Positions 10,001-18,892 of a stretch of 64,000 bases of DNA are shown here, in pieces. Position 1 is the first letter of the stretch; every line of letters starts with the position of its first letter. The stretch lies in NCBI GenBank assembly GCA_045863295.1, contig BTWA01000008.1, positions 144,384 to 208,383 on the forward strand, read 5' to 3'. A model generated the notes under the pieces. It searched no databases and was not told where the DNA came from. It was given only the letters and a program-made list of their open reading frames with translations. Made by a program: the position numbers and the translations under genes. This DNA is from Candidatus Hydrogenedentota bacterium. GTDB lineage: Bacteria; Hydrogenedentota; Hydrogenedentia; Hydrogenedentales; SLHB01.

Positions 10001-10855
10001 AGCGCCGCACAACATTTCGAATACGCACAATGCCCAACTCCAAATATCCGTTGCAGGAGTAAGGGGATGAACTAGCGCTTGTTCCGGGGAACAGTATCCG
10101 GGGGACATGCCGTAAATGGACATTTCCGCACTGTCGGTCTGGCTTTCCATTTCCTCCAGTTGGGAGAACGCTTTCGCAAGGCCAAAGTCAGTGACCTTGG
10201 CGGCGCCTTCTTTGGTGAGCAATACGTTACCGGGCTTGACATCAGCATGTATCAAGCCCTTTTTGTGTGCAAACGAGAGCCCCCAAGCGAGCTGAATGGC
10301 AATGCGCAATATGCGCGCGAGGCAATCCGGACTCTCATAGAGCGATTTCGAGCGGACCGCCTGTTGCAGCGTGCCTCCTGGAACCAGTTCGGCAAAAATA
10401 CGGGGCACACCGCCAAGTACGCGAACGTAGTAGCAGGTGGCCACTTGTGGATGCAGCCCGAGGTGGACCCAGTGCTCGCATTCGTGTTTGAACGCGCGCG
10501 ACCGGTGTTTGTCTTTAAAGAAGCTTGCAAGTGGACTCTTTACTGCCAGCATGGTATCCCACTGGCGATGATAGACGGCATAGACCTGTCCCATTCCCCC
10601 TTTGCCAAGAACATCCCTGACTTCATAGGTATTCAGGATCAAATCTCCAACTTGCCACTCCACCTGACAGTCGAGAGGAGGGTCCGGAGAGCTTGGTTGC
10701 ATGGGACAGGAGCCGTGTACAACTGTATCCGCCACGGCTTCGTTCAATGGAAACGCATGGCCACATTGCGCACAGTTACCGCCCTTCTGAGGACCGCCCT
10801 CGGCGTCTGAAGCGGCGTAACCGCACGTTGGACAGGATTGGACCGGCTTGTTCAC
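7025..10855 (-). CDS. Ser/Thr protein kinase with N-terminal Zn ribbon, TPR and two WD40 propellers
   Basis: CPTC..CAQC; LGKGGMGQVY, AVK, HADVKPGN, DFG; TPR segment NNRAVSLMDLG; about 14 WD40 repeats (GH...WD). Start is probably GTG at 10855; the ORF is open to 11029. Confidence 0.92.
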   Translation of the reverse strand: MNKPVQSCPTCGYAASDAEGGPQKGGNCAQCGHAFPLNEAVADTVVHGSCPMQPSSPDPPLDCQVEWQVGDLILNTYEVRDVLGKGGMGQVYAVYHRQWDTMLAVKSPLASFFKDKHRSRAFKHECEHWVHLGLHPQVATCYYVRVLGGVPRIFAELVPGGTLQQAVRSKSLYESPDCLARILRIAIQLAWGLSFAHKKGLIHADVKPGNVLLTKEGAAKVTDFGLAKAFSQLEEMESQTDSAEMSIYGMSPGYCSPEQALVHPLTPATDIWSWALCVFEMLCGARMWKHGPDGRTAIEKCIRGQRPGPLLPLVPARLFEVLWHCCQDEVRSRPASILEPAEALKELYQDVADEAFPLAQPPDVTHPPTGMNNRAVSLMDLGKHDKAIEQWKKALLVAPGHAESTYNLGLLRWRKGAISDTDLIDLLHPVRNSENGRQLVNKVLPMIHAERGDYSSALSEFKSTGESHDEASRYLRETWEAAKDEGRGLQRIIAAHRDGVSSARISRNGRYALSGSKDNTVKLWDLKTGNCVRKLKGHRKSVASVYLSRHGTVALSGCVDGTVRLWDIGRAECIRDMDGKGGTVSCVALSTTRNIIVSGHEDAALRFWRVEGVSGATVLRGHRGSVNCMSFQPELGIVISGSIDGSVRIWDLKSEETTLSFLAHECHVTGLSVCASGRYLASSGVDGQIKLWDLNTVECVRTFQYGQKPVKSIALSIDARVLVSGSADGALRLWETSSGRCLCTLEGHKDPVTSVDLCIKGMYALSGDESGNLFSWRVSKDLNPRPAPLMLSHAVSSEDAITNQVTFEKHLANVKSAMADSEWERAWQEARLAREVKGYERNNSAMRVWTELYTKLPRLDSVGCWEYADLEQHAGAITSMATVGDGRILATGGEDGKIAVWDVLEQRMIVELHGHSDRITCLCSASNGRFLLSGSSDGTVRLWELRSGRRIRTIAGNSALAQIEAICMSPDPRFAAIGGIDLCIWDLATSQCLIAITSTSVESDCLVWTPDGKYLLVGCSDGAIRVYSPATGDCVRVLSGGKGKIRSLSISGDGRYMMSAGGHLWSQQADLRLWNLCTWACARVFEGETGNVNKLALSYDSKYAVAAEEGGDIRIWDARTGKMTAVFNAPGDPQTSVCFTRNGSHAVAGSTSGRLRLWQMDYTLAARMPLERAETLLNTFFECHVPASITLSRDRLATPDEISRAFSREGSPNWTKEDLPGLQESLACAGFGQIPIDRLNELLLRAVPVWAGNNRGTFGWIKRLTSATWIGIPLPT

Positions 10856-11010
10856 GCAGAATTCCCGCACCGATACGCGCCGTCGGGCCGGATACTGGGA
10901 TTGCGAAGTAACCTCTGCCTGTACAGAATCAAGGCCCGTGGGATGTTGGGCTGAGCCTGTTTGGATTCTTCCACGGTCACCGACGGGTATGGCTGCCAAG
11001 CTGCCGTCAA
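10852..11010 (-). CDS. Putative 52-aa leader ORF translationally coupled to the kinase
   Basis: AGGGAGG SD 7 nt before TTG at 11010. Translation MTAAWQPYPSVTVEESKQAQPNIPRALILYRQRLLRNPSIRPDGAYRCGNSA. Its TGA overlaps the kinase GTG (GTGA). Confidence 0.4.
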   Translation of the reverse strand: MTAAWQPYPSVTVEESKQAQPNIPRALILYRQRLLRNPSIRPDGAYRCGNSA

Positions 11011-11104
11011 AACGAATCCTCCCTATCACTTCTCAGCACGAATTAGGTCCACTTGAGATGGACGCCGTCTGGCGCACGACGGAAACCAATAGGCACAAGA
11101 AAGG

Positions 11105-11120
11105 GCAAATCCCGTGCCAA
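11105..11120 (-). promoter_or_regulatory. sigma54 (-24/-12) promoter of the kinase-WD40 gene
   Basis: Minus strand TTGGCACGGGATTTGC, an exact TGGCAC-N5-TTGC match. Confidence 0.85.
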
Positions 11121-11213
11121 TTCGGCCGATTGAGTCGTCACACTGTAAGTGCTTTTCAGTACAGAGCTTATCGCTTATAATGCCTATTGGCCTAAATGCA
11201 TTTATAGTAGTGC

Positions 11214-11251
11214 TGTTCACTTTCTGAACACTTCATGTCCAATAAATGGAC
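11214..11251. promoter_or_regulatory. Tandem palindromic upstream activator sites (putative bEBP enhancer)
   Basis: TGTTCACTTTCTGAAC and TGTCCAATAAATGGAC, 22 bp apart, 95 bp upstream of the sigma54 box. Confidence 0.75.
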
Positions 11252-11429
11252 GTGGAAGCGGTGTTCCATGCGCCCGCCGCACTCTTTAACTATGTGCGCT
11301 AATCGTGACGCCTGAACCCACAGCAACCGACGTCCACGAAGTGAATGGATCTGAATTGTCACGCCAAGAGCTCTTAATTCTCCAGTTGACAACTCGTCTC
11401 GATTCCACATTTTTTGTATAGTACTGCCC

Positions 11430-13619
11430 ATGGTGGTCAAAACTGGTGTAGACGGGCGAATCGGAAAGTACCGTATCGTTCGCGAACTGGGCCACGGCGG
11501 CATGGGGGTCGTTTACCTGTCGCAAGACGAGGATCTGGGCCGGCCTGTCGCGATCAAAGTGCTGCACTCGTCGATGAGCCTTGATCCGGACTTTCGCGGC
11601 CGCTTCCGTCAAGAGGCGCGGACGATCGCTTCTCTTGTCCATCCGCATATCGTACGTATTCATTCCTTTCTAGAAATCGACGATGTAATGGTAATCGAGA
11701 GCGAGTTCGTCGAGGGGGGGTCGTTAGCGGACGTAATGACGCAACGTGGCGTCACACCACATCAAGTGGCGCGGTTTGGCGTTGAGATGCTGGAAGCGTT
11801 GATATGTTGTCATGACTTGGGAATCGTTCATCGAGATGTGAAGCCGACTAATATATTGCTCGATAGGTACGGCAGGGCCTTGCTTGCGGATTTCGGCCTT
11901 GCAAAGATCTATTTCGATCACTTGGCGCAAGCCAACAAGAGTTCAAGCACGAGTCGACTTTTTCTTGGAACACCCCGTTATGCGGCTCCCGAAGCCTGGG
12001 ACGGTACGGAACCTTCTCCGTTGTGGGATTTGTATTCCCTGGGCATGGTTATGTACGAGGCAATCTCGGGACACTGTCCTTACGATGCTTCATCGCCGTT
12101 CGCCTTATTGAAGCAAATCATGGAGCGCAAGCCGGACCCGCTGCGGGAGGTGGCGCCACACGTATCGGTCGAACTGGGCGACTTGGTCGATTCCATGGTA
12201 TCGCGAGATCCGGCAAACAGGCCACAAACCGCTAGAGCGGCGCTTGAGACTTTGCGAAACACTCAAGAATATGGATCCGCACCCACGTCAAGTTCACCGA
12301 CGATTGTCCAGCCGAGGCCGCTCCGGCCGAGCACCATCGTGACGGCCGCGCACCGCGTGAGCGCAGCCTGGAAGCGGAATGCAACAGTGATTAGTGTGCT
12401 GTTGTTCGCTGCGCTTTGCCTGGCTGTTTCCATTCAGTTACGGTTGAAACCAGGAATGGATATGGGAGCCGACAAGCTGCCGCCTCCCGACTATCAGATC
12501 GATCTCGTACGAACAGGCATTCCAGAAGAAGAAAGCATTAACGCGTTTGCGCTTGGGCCGGCCTCTCAGTGGTTGGTCTTGGATTCGCTCGACCACGAGA
12601 CATTGGCCGCGCGATCCGGAAATTGGCTATTTAAGTTCGAGCCAGGGGGCAAACTTACCGCGGTTGTAATGGCAGACGAAGAATCGCTGTGCCGCCTTGA
12701 GGCATCTGAAGATACCGATCAAGCCGTCAAATTAGACGGCTTCTGGGCCGATTATCAGGGTCTTGCGGGGGCCGTGTACCGGCATGGGACGGCTTCCGGT
12801 ACCGGCCGCTGGAACGGGGATAGAACGTCATTCACCGCTCGGCTGGAATTCACCAACGAGCAAGATAACTCGAGGTGGGAAGAAGTATTGACCGGAACTG
12901 TCTCGCCAACTTGGACTGATACGGCGTTTCTGCTCCGCATGGAGGAACAACCCAATACCCACGCCTTGATCTACAATGAACTTGTGCCAAGGGGCAAGGA
13001 GTGGGCCGAACATCTGGAGCAATTGTTGCCCGCGATGTCCGGTATGCGCACTCAGGTTGCGATCTCGGCGGCAAACAGGCCTGACTTTCATCCAAACGGC
13101 ATGTTGGACGAAGTGTATTGGAATATGGAATCTCGAGCCCGCGACGGAGGAGTGCTTGCCGGTTATCCAATGAATGGCGCGTCGCACTTGATATTGCGAT
13201 TTGGCAATGACGGTGTCTATATTGCCGCCTATTGCCGCACAGGCGAAGGCGTGAAGTCTGAGTTTGAATGCCAGTTGACTGCGCGATATCGAGTATTCAT
13301 GGATCGCCAGCCGCGCGTGACGTTATTTCACAACTCCGACGGCGAGTCCCTGGTGGAACTGATGCCCGAGGGAGGACCTGTGGGAGACTCAGAATCCTGG
13401 GCACTTGGCGATGCCTATCATGACGGAGTCTGGACGGTCGAAGGATTCGTCGCCTACTCTATACTTGGGCTGACCGGGCCGCCCGAATCCGGCCATCGTA
13501 TTCGGACGAATGCCGTTATTCGCGCAGGCAAGGCATCGGACATTAAGGTGCCTGTGGCGCTTTGGGGTTACCCCGCGGTCGACCGCATAGAGCATGGCGC
13601 TATTATCGTCGTCCAATAA
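11430..13619 (+). CDS. Membrane-anchored Hanks-type Ser/Thr kinase with extracytoplasmic region ending in a CBM9/DOMON-like domain
   Basis: LGHGGMGVVY, VAIK, HRDVKPTN, DFG, GTPRYAAPE. TM helix VISVLLFAALCLAVSI. C-terminal NGMLDEVYW...NDGVYIA...WTVEGFVAYSILG pattern; the CBM9 call is tentative. Confidence 0.9.
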   Translation: MVVKTGVDGRIGKYRIVRELGHGGMGVVYLSQDEDLGRPVAIKVLHSSMSLDPDFRGRFRQEARTIASLVHPHIVRIHSFLEIDDVMVIESEFVEGGSLADVMTQRGVTPHQVARFGVEMLEALICCHDLGIVHRDVKPTNILLDRYGRALLADFGLAKIYFDHLAQANKSSSTSRLFLGTPRYAAPEAWDGTEPSPLWDLYSLGMVMYEAISGHCPYDASSPFALLKQIMERKPDPLREVAPHVSVELGDLVDSMVSRDPANRPQTARAALETLRNTQEYGSAPTSSSPTIVQPRPLRPSTIVTAAHRVSAAWKRNATVISVLLFAALCLAVSIQLRLKPGMDMGADKLPPPDYQIDLVRTGIPEEESINAFALGPASQWLVLDSLDHETLAARSGNWLFKFEPGGKLTAVVMADEESLCRLEASEDTDQAVKLDGFWADYQGLAGAVYRHGTASGTGRWNGDRTSFTARLEFTNEQDNSRWEEVLTGTVSPTWTDTAFLLRMEEQPNTHALIYNELVPRGKEWAEHLEQLLPAMSGMRTQVAISAANRPDFHPNGMLDEVYWNMESRARDGGVLAGYPMNGASHLILRFGNDGVYIAAYCRTGEGVKSEFECQLTARYRVFMDRQPRVTLFHNSDGESLVELMPEGGPVGDSESWALGDAYHDGVWTVEGFVAYSILGLTGPPESGHRIRTNAVIRAGKASDIKVPVALWGYPAVDRIEHGAIIVVQ

Positions 13620-13633
13620 GGACAACGGGGAGA

Positions 13634-15460
13634 GTGGCGTTGTACCAACTCACCGCACTAGCGGGCTTGACAAAAGGTGCGTCGTGGCAAATCACGGCCA
13701 AGCCCCTCGTCATTGGCAGAGACAACACGTGTGACATTTCGCTAGCGGATCCTTTGGTATCACGCCGGCATTGCGAACTCTCACTGGTCGGCGATTCGCC
13801 TTTCCTGCGGGATCTCAATAGCAGCAATACAACGCTGGTCAATGGTACGCCGACCAAAAGCGGCCTGCTTACTCTTGGCGATCAAATATGCATAGGCAAA
13901 GTCGTCTTTCTTGTAACGCAGCCGAACACTGTCCATTCGGCTGTTCCTGGACAGTTGGTCGAAGAGCAGACACAGACGCTTTCAGAGGCGGACGTTGTTT
14001 ACTTTGGAGATTCTAGCCGTCTTCGCCAGGTGCAAGGACCGCATACCATTGAGGATATGGTACTGCTGATCCGGCTTAACCGGACATTTAGTGAATGCGA
14101 CTCCGTTCCCTGCCTGATCCGGATGTTGGATCAATCGCTGAGAGAGCGTTTTTCCCCGCAACTATGCTGGATCATGACGCAAGAGGGCAGTTCTGGCGTG
14201 CGCACGCTTCATCCGACGCACACGTATTCGAATCAAAGTGAGAGTATTCCTGAGCATTTGATTGAACTTGTAATGCAGAGCCGTCAGGGATTGTTGGCTC
14301 CAAAGCGAATTCATCGCAAAAACGCAGTCGCATATCAGTTTTTCCTCGCCTCCCCCATCATCTGGCAGGATCAGATCACCGGCATAATCGTATTGATGTC
14401 GGATTCCCTTCATCGCATATATGACGAATCGGATTTGGAATTTCTCGTTGGCGTTACTCGAAGCATCGCCCCGGTCTTTCGTGCGCTCGAAAAGCGGGAA
14501 GAGTTGATGCGTGAAAACGAACGGCTTCAGGTGTCGCTTCATCATTCACTGGCGATCATTGGCAAGAGCAGCGCGCTCACCTCTGTTCGCACGCTGGCTT
14601 CGAAAGTCGCGCCTACGAACCAACCTGTTCTCATCGTTGGCGAGACCGGCACGGGCAAAGAACTGCTTGCACACATGATCCACAACTTGTCGCCCCGGTA
14701 TGATCGGGCGTTTGCCGTCGTGAATTGCGCAGCCATTCCGCGCGATTTGTTTGAAAGCCAATTCTTTGGACACGAGAAGGGATCGTTCACTGGTGCCGGG
14801 GCGCGCCACATAGGACTACTGGAGGAAAGCGATCAAGGCACCCTGTTTCTGGACGAAGTGGGCGACTTAAGTCTCGACAATCAGGCGAGAATCCTTCGCG
14901 CAGTGGAGACCGGGGTCTTTCGGCGGGTCGGCGGGAAGGAAGATATCCAATGCGACTTCCGGTTGATATCCGCGACCAACAAGAATCTTGACGAAGCGAC
15001 AAGAACTGGGTCGTTTCGCCCTGACTTGTACCATCGGTTGCGCGGCATCGAAATCAAGATACCGCCGTTGCGGGAACGCGCAGGGGATGTGCCGTTGCTT
15101 GTAGAACATTTTCTTGAGGAAGCGCGTGCGCGATTTTGCGGTGGGATCCAAGGCTTCTCCCGCGAATCAATGGAGAACCTGTGCAGCCGCGAGTGGCGTG
15201 GCAACGTGCGCGAACTTAAACAGACCGTCTTTTCGGCTGCCATTCTGGCCGATGGCCCGTTGATTGAAGTCGAACACCTGAATGTTTCCGACAAGTGGAC
15301 GGCCGACGACACGGTCCCATTAACCTTGGACGAAGCGGAAAAGCTGCACATTTCGCGCGTACTGGAAGTATGCAAGGGAAACGTCGTCGAGGCGGCCAAT
15401 CTTTTGAAAGTGAGCCGGACAACCCTTTACTCGAAGATGGACAAATATGGGTTGCGTTAA
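13634..15460 (+). CDS. sigma54-dependent enhancer-binding activator with FHA and GAF domains
   Basis: FHA motifs IGR, VSRRH, SSNTTLVNG; GAF region; AAA+ GETGTGKE, GSFTGA, LFLDEVG; Fis-type HTH VSRTTLYSKM. GTG start at 13634 after GGGGAG. Confidence 0.93.
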   Translation: MALYQLTALAGLTKGASWQITAKPLVIGRDNTCDISLADPLVSRRHCELSLVGDSPFLRDLNSSNTTLVNGTPTKSGLLTLGDQICIGKVVFLVTQPNTVHSAVPGQLVEEQTQTLSEADVVYFGDSSRLRQVQGPHTIEDMVLLIRLNRTFSECDSVPCLIRMLDQSLRERFSPQLCWIMTQEGSSGVRTLHPTHTYSNQSESIPEHLIELVMQSRQGLLAPKRIHRKNAVAYQFFLASPIIWQDQITGIIVLMSDSLHRIYDESDLEFLVGVTRSIAPVFRALEKREELMRENERLQVSLHHSLAIIGKSSALTSVRTLASKVAPTNQPVLIVGETGTGKELLAHMIHNLSPRYDRAFAVVNCAAIPRDLFESQFFGHEKGSFTGAGARHIGLLEESDQGTLFLDEVGDLSLDNQARILRAVETGVFRRVGGKEDIQCDFRLISATNKNLDEATRTGSFRPDLYHRLRGIEIKIPPLRERAGDVPLLVEHFLEEARARFCGGIQGFSRESMENLCSREWRGNVRELKQTVFSAAILADGPLIEVEHLNVSDKWTADDTVPLTLDEAEKLHISRVLEVCKGNVVEAANLLKVSRTTLYSKMDKYGLR

Positions 15461-15564
15461 CGCCCGAGTGTCGTGGCAGATGGCTTGTTCGCGCACCGGC
15501 CGGATGACTAAGTCGTAGTCTTGTCGCGCCTGTGCAAAGGAATCGCGGGAATTGAGGTGAATGC

Positions 15565-17745
15565 ATGCTCTTTCTGGAATGGCGTTCGGTCTACTCCGTT
15601 TCTGGTGCAATCCTTTTTCTGGGTTCCGCGCTCTGTTTCCAGCCCACAATAGCCCTTGCGCAAACGATACCGCCTGAATGGCAGAATCTTCATTCCGAGC
15701 CCATGGGCCTGAAGCATTGCGGTGACTTTGTCTACTTCAGCGCGGACGACGGAGTCCACGGCCGTGAACCATGGCGCACCGATGGGACGCCGGAGGGAAC
15801 GGTGATGATCGCCGATCTGCAATTGGGAAGTGAGGGTTCCAACCCCGAGAATTTCGTCGAAGCTGGCCGTTGGACGGTTTTTCTGGCCACCCGCGATTCG
15901 GCCCCCCTACTCTGGGTAACAGACGGGACGCCTGGAAACATATACACTGTGGAAGGCGAACCAGGCAGGGCAATTTGGTGTGAGCATGTGATTGGCGCTC
16001 CATTTGGAGTCCTGGGCCATGAAGTGTACTTTCCCTCCCGAAATAACTCTGTTCAGATGTCAATGTGGATATTCGATTTGAATTCCAGGTCTCTTCGCAG
16101 ATTTGAGAAGCCTTCCTTTCTACCAACCCAACTCGACTATCCAAAATACTTTGAATCGGCCGAAGATCGTATCTATTACGTATGGGGCCGCAATGACTAC
16201 CACGAAGGCCAACTCTTCACGCTGAATTCCGGTGGTGACCAAGTTTTGCTGACGTCGTCACTCGGGCCTAACGTTCGGTGCGTGTTGACGTGCGTGGGAG
16301 ATCGTCTCTATTTCGCGGCAAGCACCCCTGAAACTGGCATCGAAGTCTGGACTTGCGACGGAACGCCTTCGTCGACCCGTATCCTTCAGGATATTAATCC
16401 CGGACCCGGCGAAGCGCTTAGCGTCGTTCACCCCTACGGCGCAGCCTTGGGAGATTTACTTGTATTCAGAGCGAACGACGGCATTCATGGAGACGAAATA
16501 TGGGTGACCAACGGCACAAGCTCGGGGACGTTTATGCTTCGCGATGTGAACCCAGGATCTGGGTCTTCCAATTGCGGCATGCTGACGACCGTTGGAAGAC
16601 TCTGTTATTTTCAGGCCAACGATGGCATTTCGGGCGCGGAGTTATGGACGACCGACGGTACGCCGGAGGGTACGCGGCTGGTGAAAGATGTTTTCCCTGG
16701 GCCGCGCGGCAGCAATCCGTTCGGGTTGCTGGGTATTGGCGACAAACTATACTTTTCCGCGGAGGATCATCTTCGAGGAGGCGAGCTGTGGCAAAGCGAC
16801 GGTACCGCTGACGGAACCATGCCGGTGATCGATCTGGCGCCTGGAATTCAAGGAGGCTGGGCCAAACACAAGGCAGTGCTCAACGGCAAGATCCTTTTTG
16901 GGGCGGGCAATCCTTCTTATGGAGTCGAACTATGGTCCAGCGATGGCACAAGCCAGGGAACAACGATACTGAAGGACATTTGGCCCGTTCGCGGCCCAAA
17001 CCCATCTTCCAACCCAGACAAACTTATATCAGTCGGGAATCGGCTCTTCTTTGTCGTTAACGATGCAACTCATGGTGCGGAACTTTGGCAGAGCGATGGA
17101 ACCCACGAAGGCACGGGGCTGGTAAAGGACATCTTTCCTGGAGCTACAAGTTCCAGCCCGTCGCACTTCTGCGCATTTGAAGGACTACTCTACTTCCAAG
17201 CGGATGACGGTTCCCATGGAAGCGAATTGTGGTGCAGCGATGGCACCGACAAGGGCACACGTCTGTGCGTGGACTTACGTGAAGGCAGGGATTCCGCCAA
17301 TCCGCATTCCATTACCTCCGTTGGCGAACGACTTGCCTTTGTGGCGAATGATGGAGTCAGCGGATATGAGTTGTATCGATATCCCCCGGTAAACCTGTTC
17401 GATCGGCTACTGGTCAAGGACATTCGCGCCGGTAACGACGGATCCAACCCGAAGAATCTCACGGTTCATCAGGGTAAGCTGTATTTTGTCGCGGATGACG
17501 GTATTCATGGTCAGGAACTTTGGGTCAGCAATCTTGAACCGAGCGGAACCCATATCGTGCGAGACTTACTCCCACGGCCAAAAATGCAGAGCCAAGCGCA
17601 AGCGAGTACCATTCACTTAGACTCAGGATCCGCGGTTTTGAATAATTCTTTGTTTCTACTGGGAGACCAAGACGGTGCCCTGCCCGTGATCCTATCCCTC
17701 AAATCAAATGTCATGGAGACGTATACGGTCGGCGAAAATGAGTAA
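15565..17745 (+). CDS. Secreted ELWxxDGT-repeat protein
   Basis: Signal peptide and about 11 HGxELWxSDGT-type repeats. Confidence 0.9.
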   Translation: MLFLEWRSVYSVSGAILFLGSALCFQPTIALAQTIPPEWQNLHSEPMGLKHCGDFVYFSADDGVHGREPWRTDGTPEGTVMIADLQLGSEGSNPENFVEAGRWTVFLATRDSAPLLWVTDGTPGNIYTVEGEPGRAIWCEHVIGAPFGVLGHEVYFPSRNNSVQMSMWIFDLNSRSLRRFEKPSFLPTQLDYPKYFESAEDRIYYVWGRNDYHEGQLFTLNSGGDQVLLTSSLGPNVRCVLTCVGDRLYFAASTPETGIEVWTCDGTPSSTRILQDINPGPGEALSVVHPYGAALGDLLVFRANDGIHGDEIWVTNGTSSGTFMLRDVNPGSGSSNCGMLTTVGRLCYFQANDGISGAELWTTDGTPEGTRLVKDVFPGPRGSNPFGLLGIGDKLYFSAEDHLRGGELWQSDGTADGTMPVIDLAPGIQGGWAKHKAVLNGKILFGAGNPSYGVELWSSDGTSQGTTILKDIWPVRGPNPSSNPDKLISVGNRLFFVVNDATHGAELWQSDGTHEGTGLVKDIFPGATSSSPSHFCAFEGLLYFQADDGSHGSELWCSDGTDKGTRLCVDLREGRDSANPHSITSVGERLAFVANDGVSGYELYRYPPVNLFDRLLVKDIRAGNDGSNPKNLTVHQGKLYFVADDGIHGQELWVSNLEPSGTHIVRDLLPRPKMQSQAQASTIHLDSGSAVLNNSLFLLGDQDGALPVILSLKSNVMETYTVGENE

Positions 17746-17828
17746 GACGCGGCCGAAAGGCGCCTCACCGATGCTTAGACGCACTCGGCCCGCAAAGGCG
17801 AAGTCTCATACGAGAATGAAACCCGGCT

Positions 17829-18188
17829 TCAAAACCCCAGGCCCATGGCATCGAGTATTCGCGAGGCCAGCAACTCCGAAGTAAACGGTTTGACAACATA
17901 GTTGGCCGCGCCCATCTTTACCGCGCGCACGATATTGTGTTTCTCGCCTTCGGTAGTGACCATCACCACCGGTATTTGCCTGAAACGTTCGTCGTTTTGA
18001 ATAGCCTCTAGAGTCTGAAAGCCGTCCATTACTGGCATGTTCACATCCAACAAGATGAGTTGAATCTGCTCATAGGCATCCTGGAGCAGATCTAGTGCTT
18101 CTCTGCCATTGGCCGCTTCCATCAACTCATAGCCGAGAGCCTCGACGGTGCCTCCCACTATCTGTCGCATCACCGCGGAATCGTCAAC
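17829..18188 (-). pseudogene. CheY-like receiver protein, probably 5'-truncated
   Basis: Homology starts abruptly at VDDSAVMR. It retains LLDVNMP, VTT and VKPF, but the first beta strand is missing and there is no SD or ATG upstream (only a TTG giving TSNPQTC). Confidence 0.6.
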
Positions 18189-18378
18189 ACAAGTTTGGGG
18201 ATTTGATGTCAATTCACAGGGCGAATTGGTATCATGGGAACCTACTAGTATTTGTCATGCATTTGGTAATCGGCTGTACCCACCCATTGTTGGGCGGGTT
18301 TTTCATTTAGACGCGAGATTCGGACACGACCATCGCCTGCCGCGTGGTTGCGCCGGGAATTCCAAATGGGAGGTAACT

Positions 18379-18855
18379 ATGTCGGCGGAGTATGTGGTCC
18401 CGTTTCTGGCCAGCGCCAGGGAAGTGTTTCGGACGATGATTGCGACGGAGATTTCAAACGGTGAACCCCGGCTGGAATCGACCGTCGAAGGATCCAATGT
18501 CATTCTGGCAATTATCGGCATGAGCGGAGAACTTCGCGGCGCTGTTGCTGTCGCGTTTCCATACACGACTGCAATCAATATCGCCAATCAAGTCCTGGGT
18601 ACCACCAAGACTGACGTAGACGCGGATGTGGTGGATGCGGTAGCCGAAGTGACCAACATGATCGCGGGCGGCGCAAAGGCCCAGTTGTCACGCGTGGACG
18701 GCCCTCCAGTTCAGTTGGGGTTGCCGGTGGTAATTCGCGATACGCATGCGAGCCTGGACAATCTCTCGCGGTCGAAATGGGTCGTTATGCCATTCTCGAG
18801 TGGAATGGGTGAATTCACAGTACATGTAAGTTTTGAAAACCGGATTTCGAAGTAG
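18379..18855 (+). CDS. cheX: Chemotaxis phosphatase CheX
   Basis: GGAGG SD; IIGMSGELRG and DAVAEVTNMIAG (E-x2-N) motifs. Confidence 0.9.
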   Translation: MSAEYVVPFLASAREVFRTMIATEISNGEPRLESTVEGSNVILAIIGMSGELRGAVAVAFPYTTAINIANQVLGTTKTDVDADVVDAVAEVTNMIAGGAKAQLSRVDGPPVQLGLPVVIRDTHASLDNLSRSKWVVMPFSSGMGEFTVHVSFENRISK

Positions 18856-18892
18856 CTGAATTCCGTTTGCGAAGCAGTCAAGGGGGAAGAAA

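Noticed and set aside
11356..11392. TTGTCA...TGACAA inverted repeat with an AAGAGCTCTT palindrome as an operator
   Set aside because: The arms and palindrome are not co-centred, occur once only, and are too short to support.
15474..15488. TGGCAGATGGCTTGT as a sigma54 promoter for the ELWxxDGT gene
   Set aside because: The -12 is GT rather than GC, and I found no matching enhancer pair 95 bp upstream.
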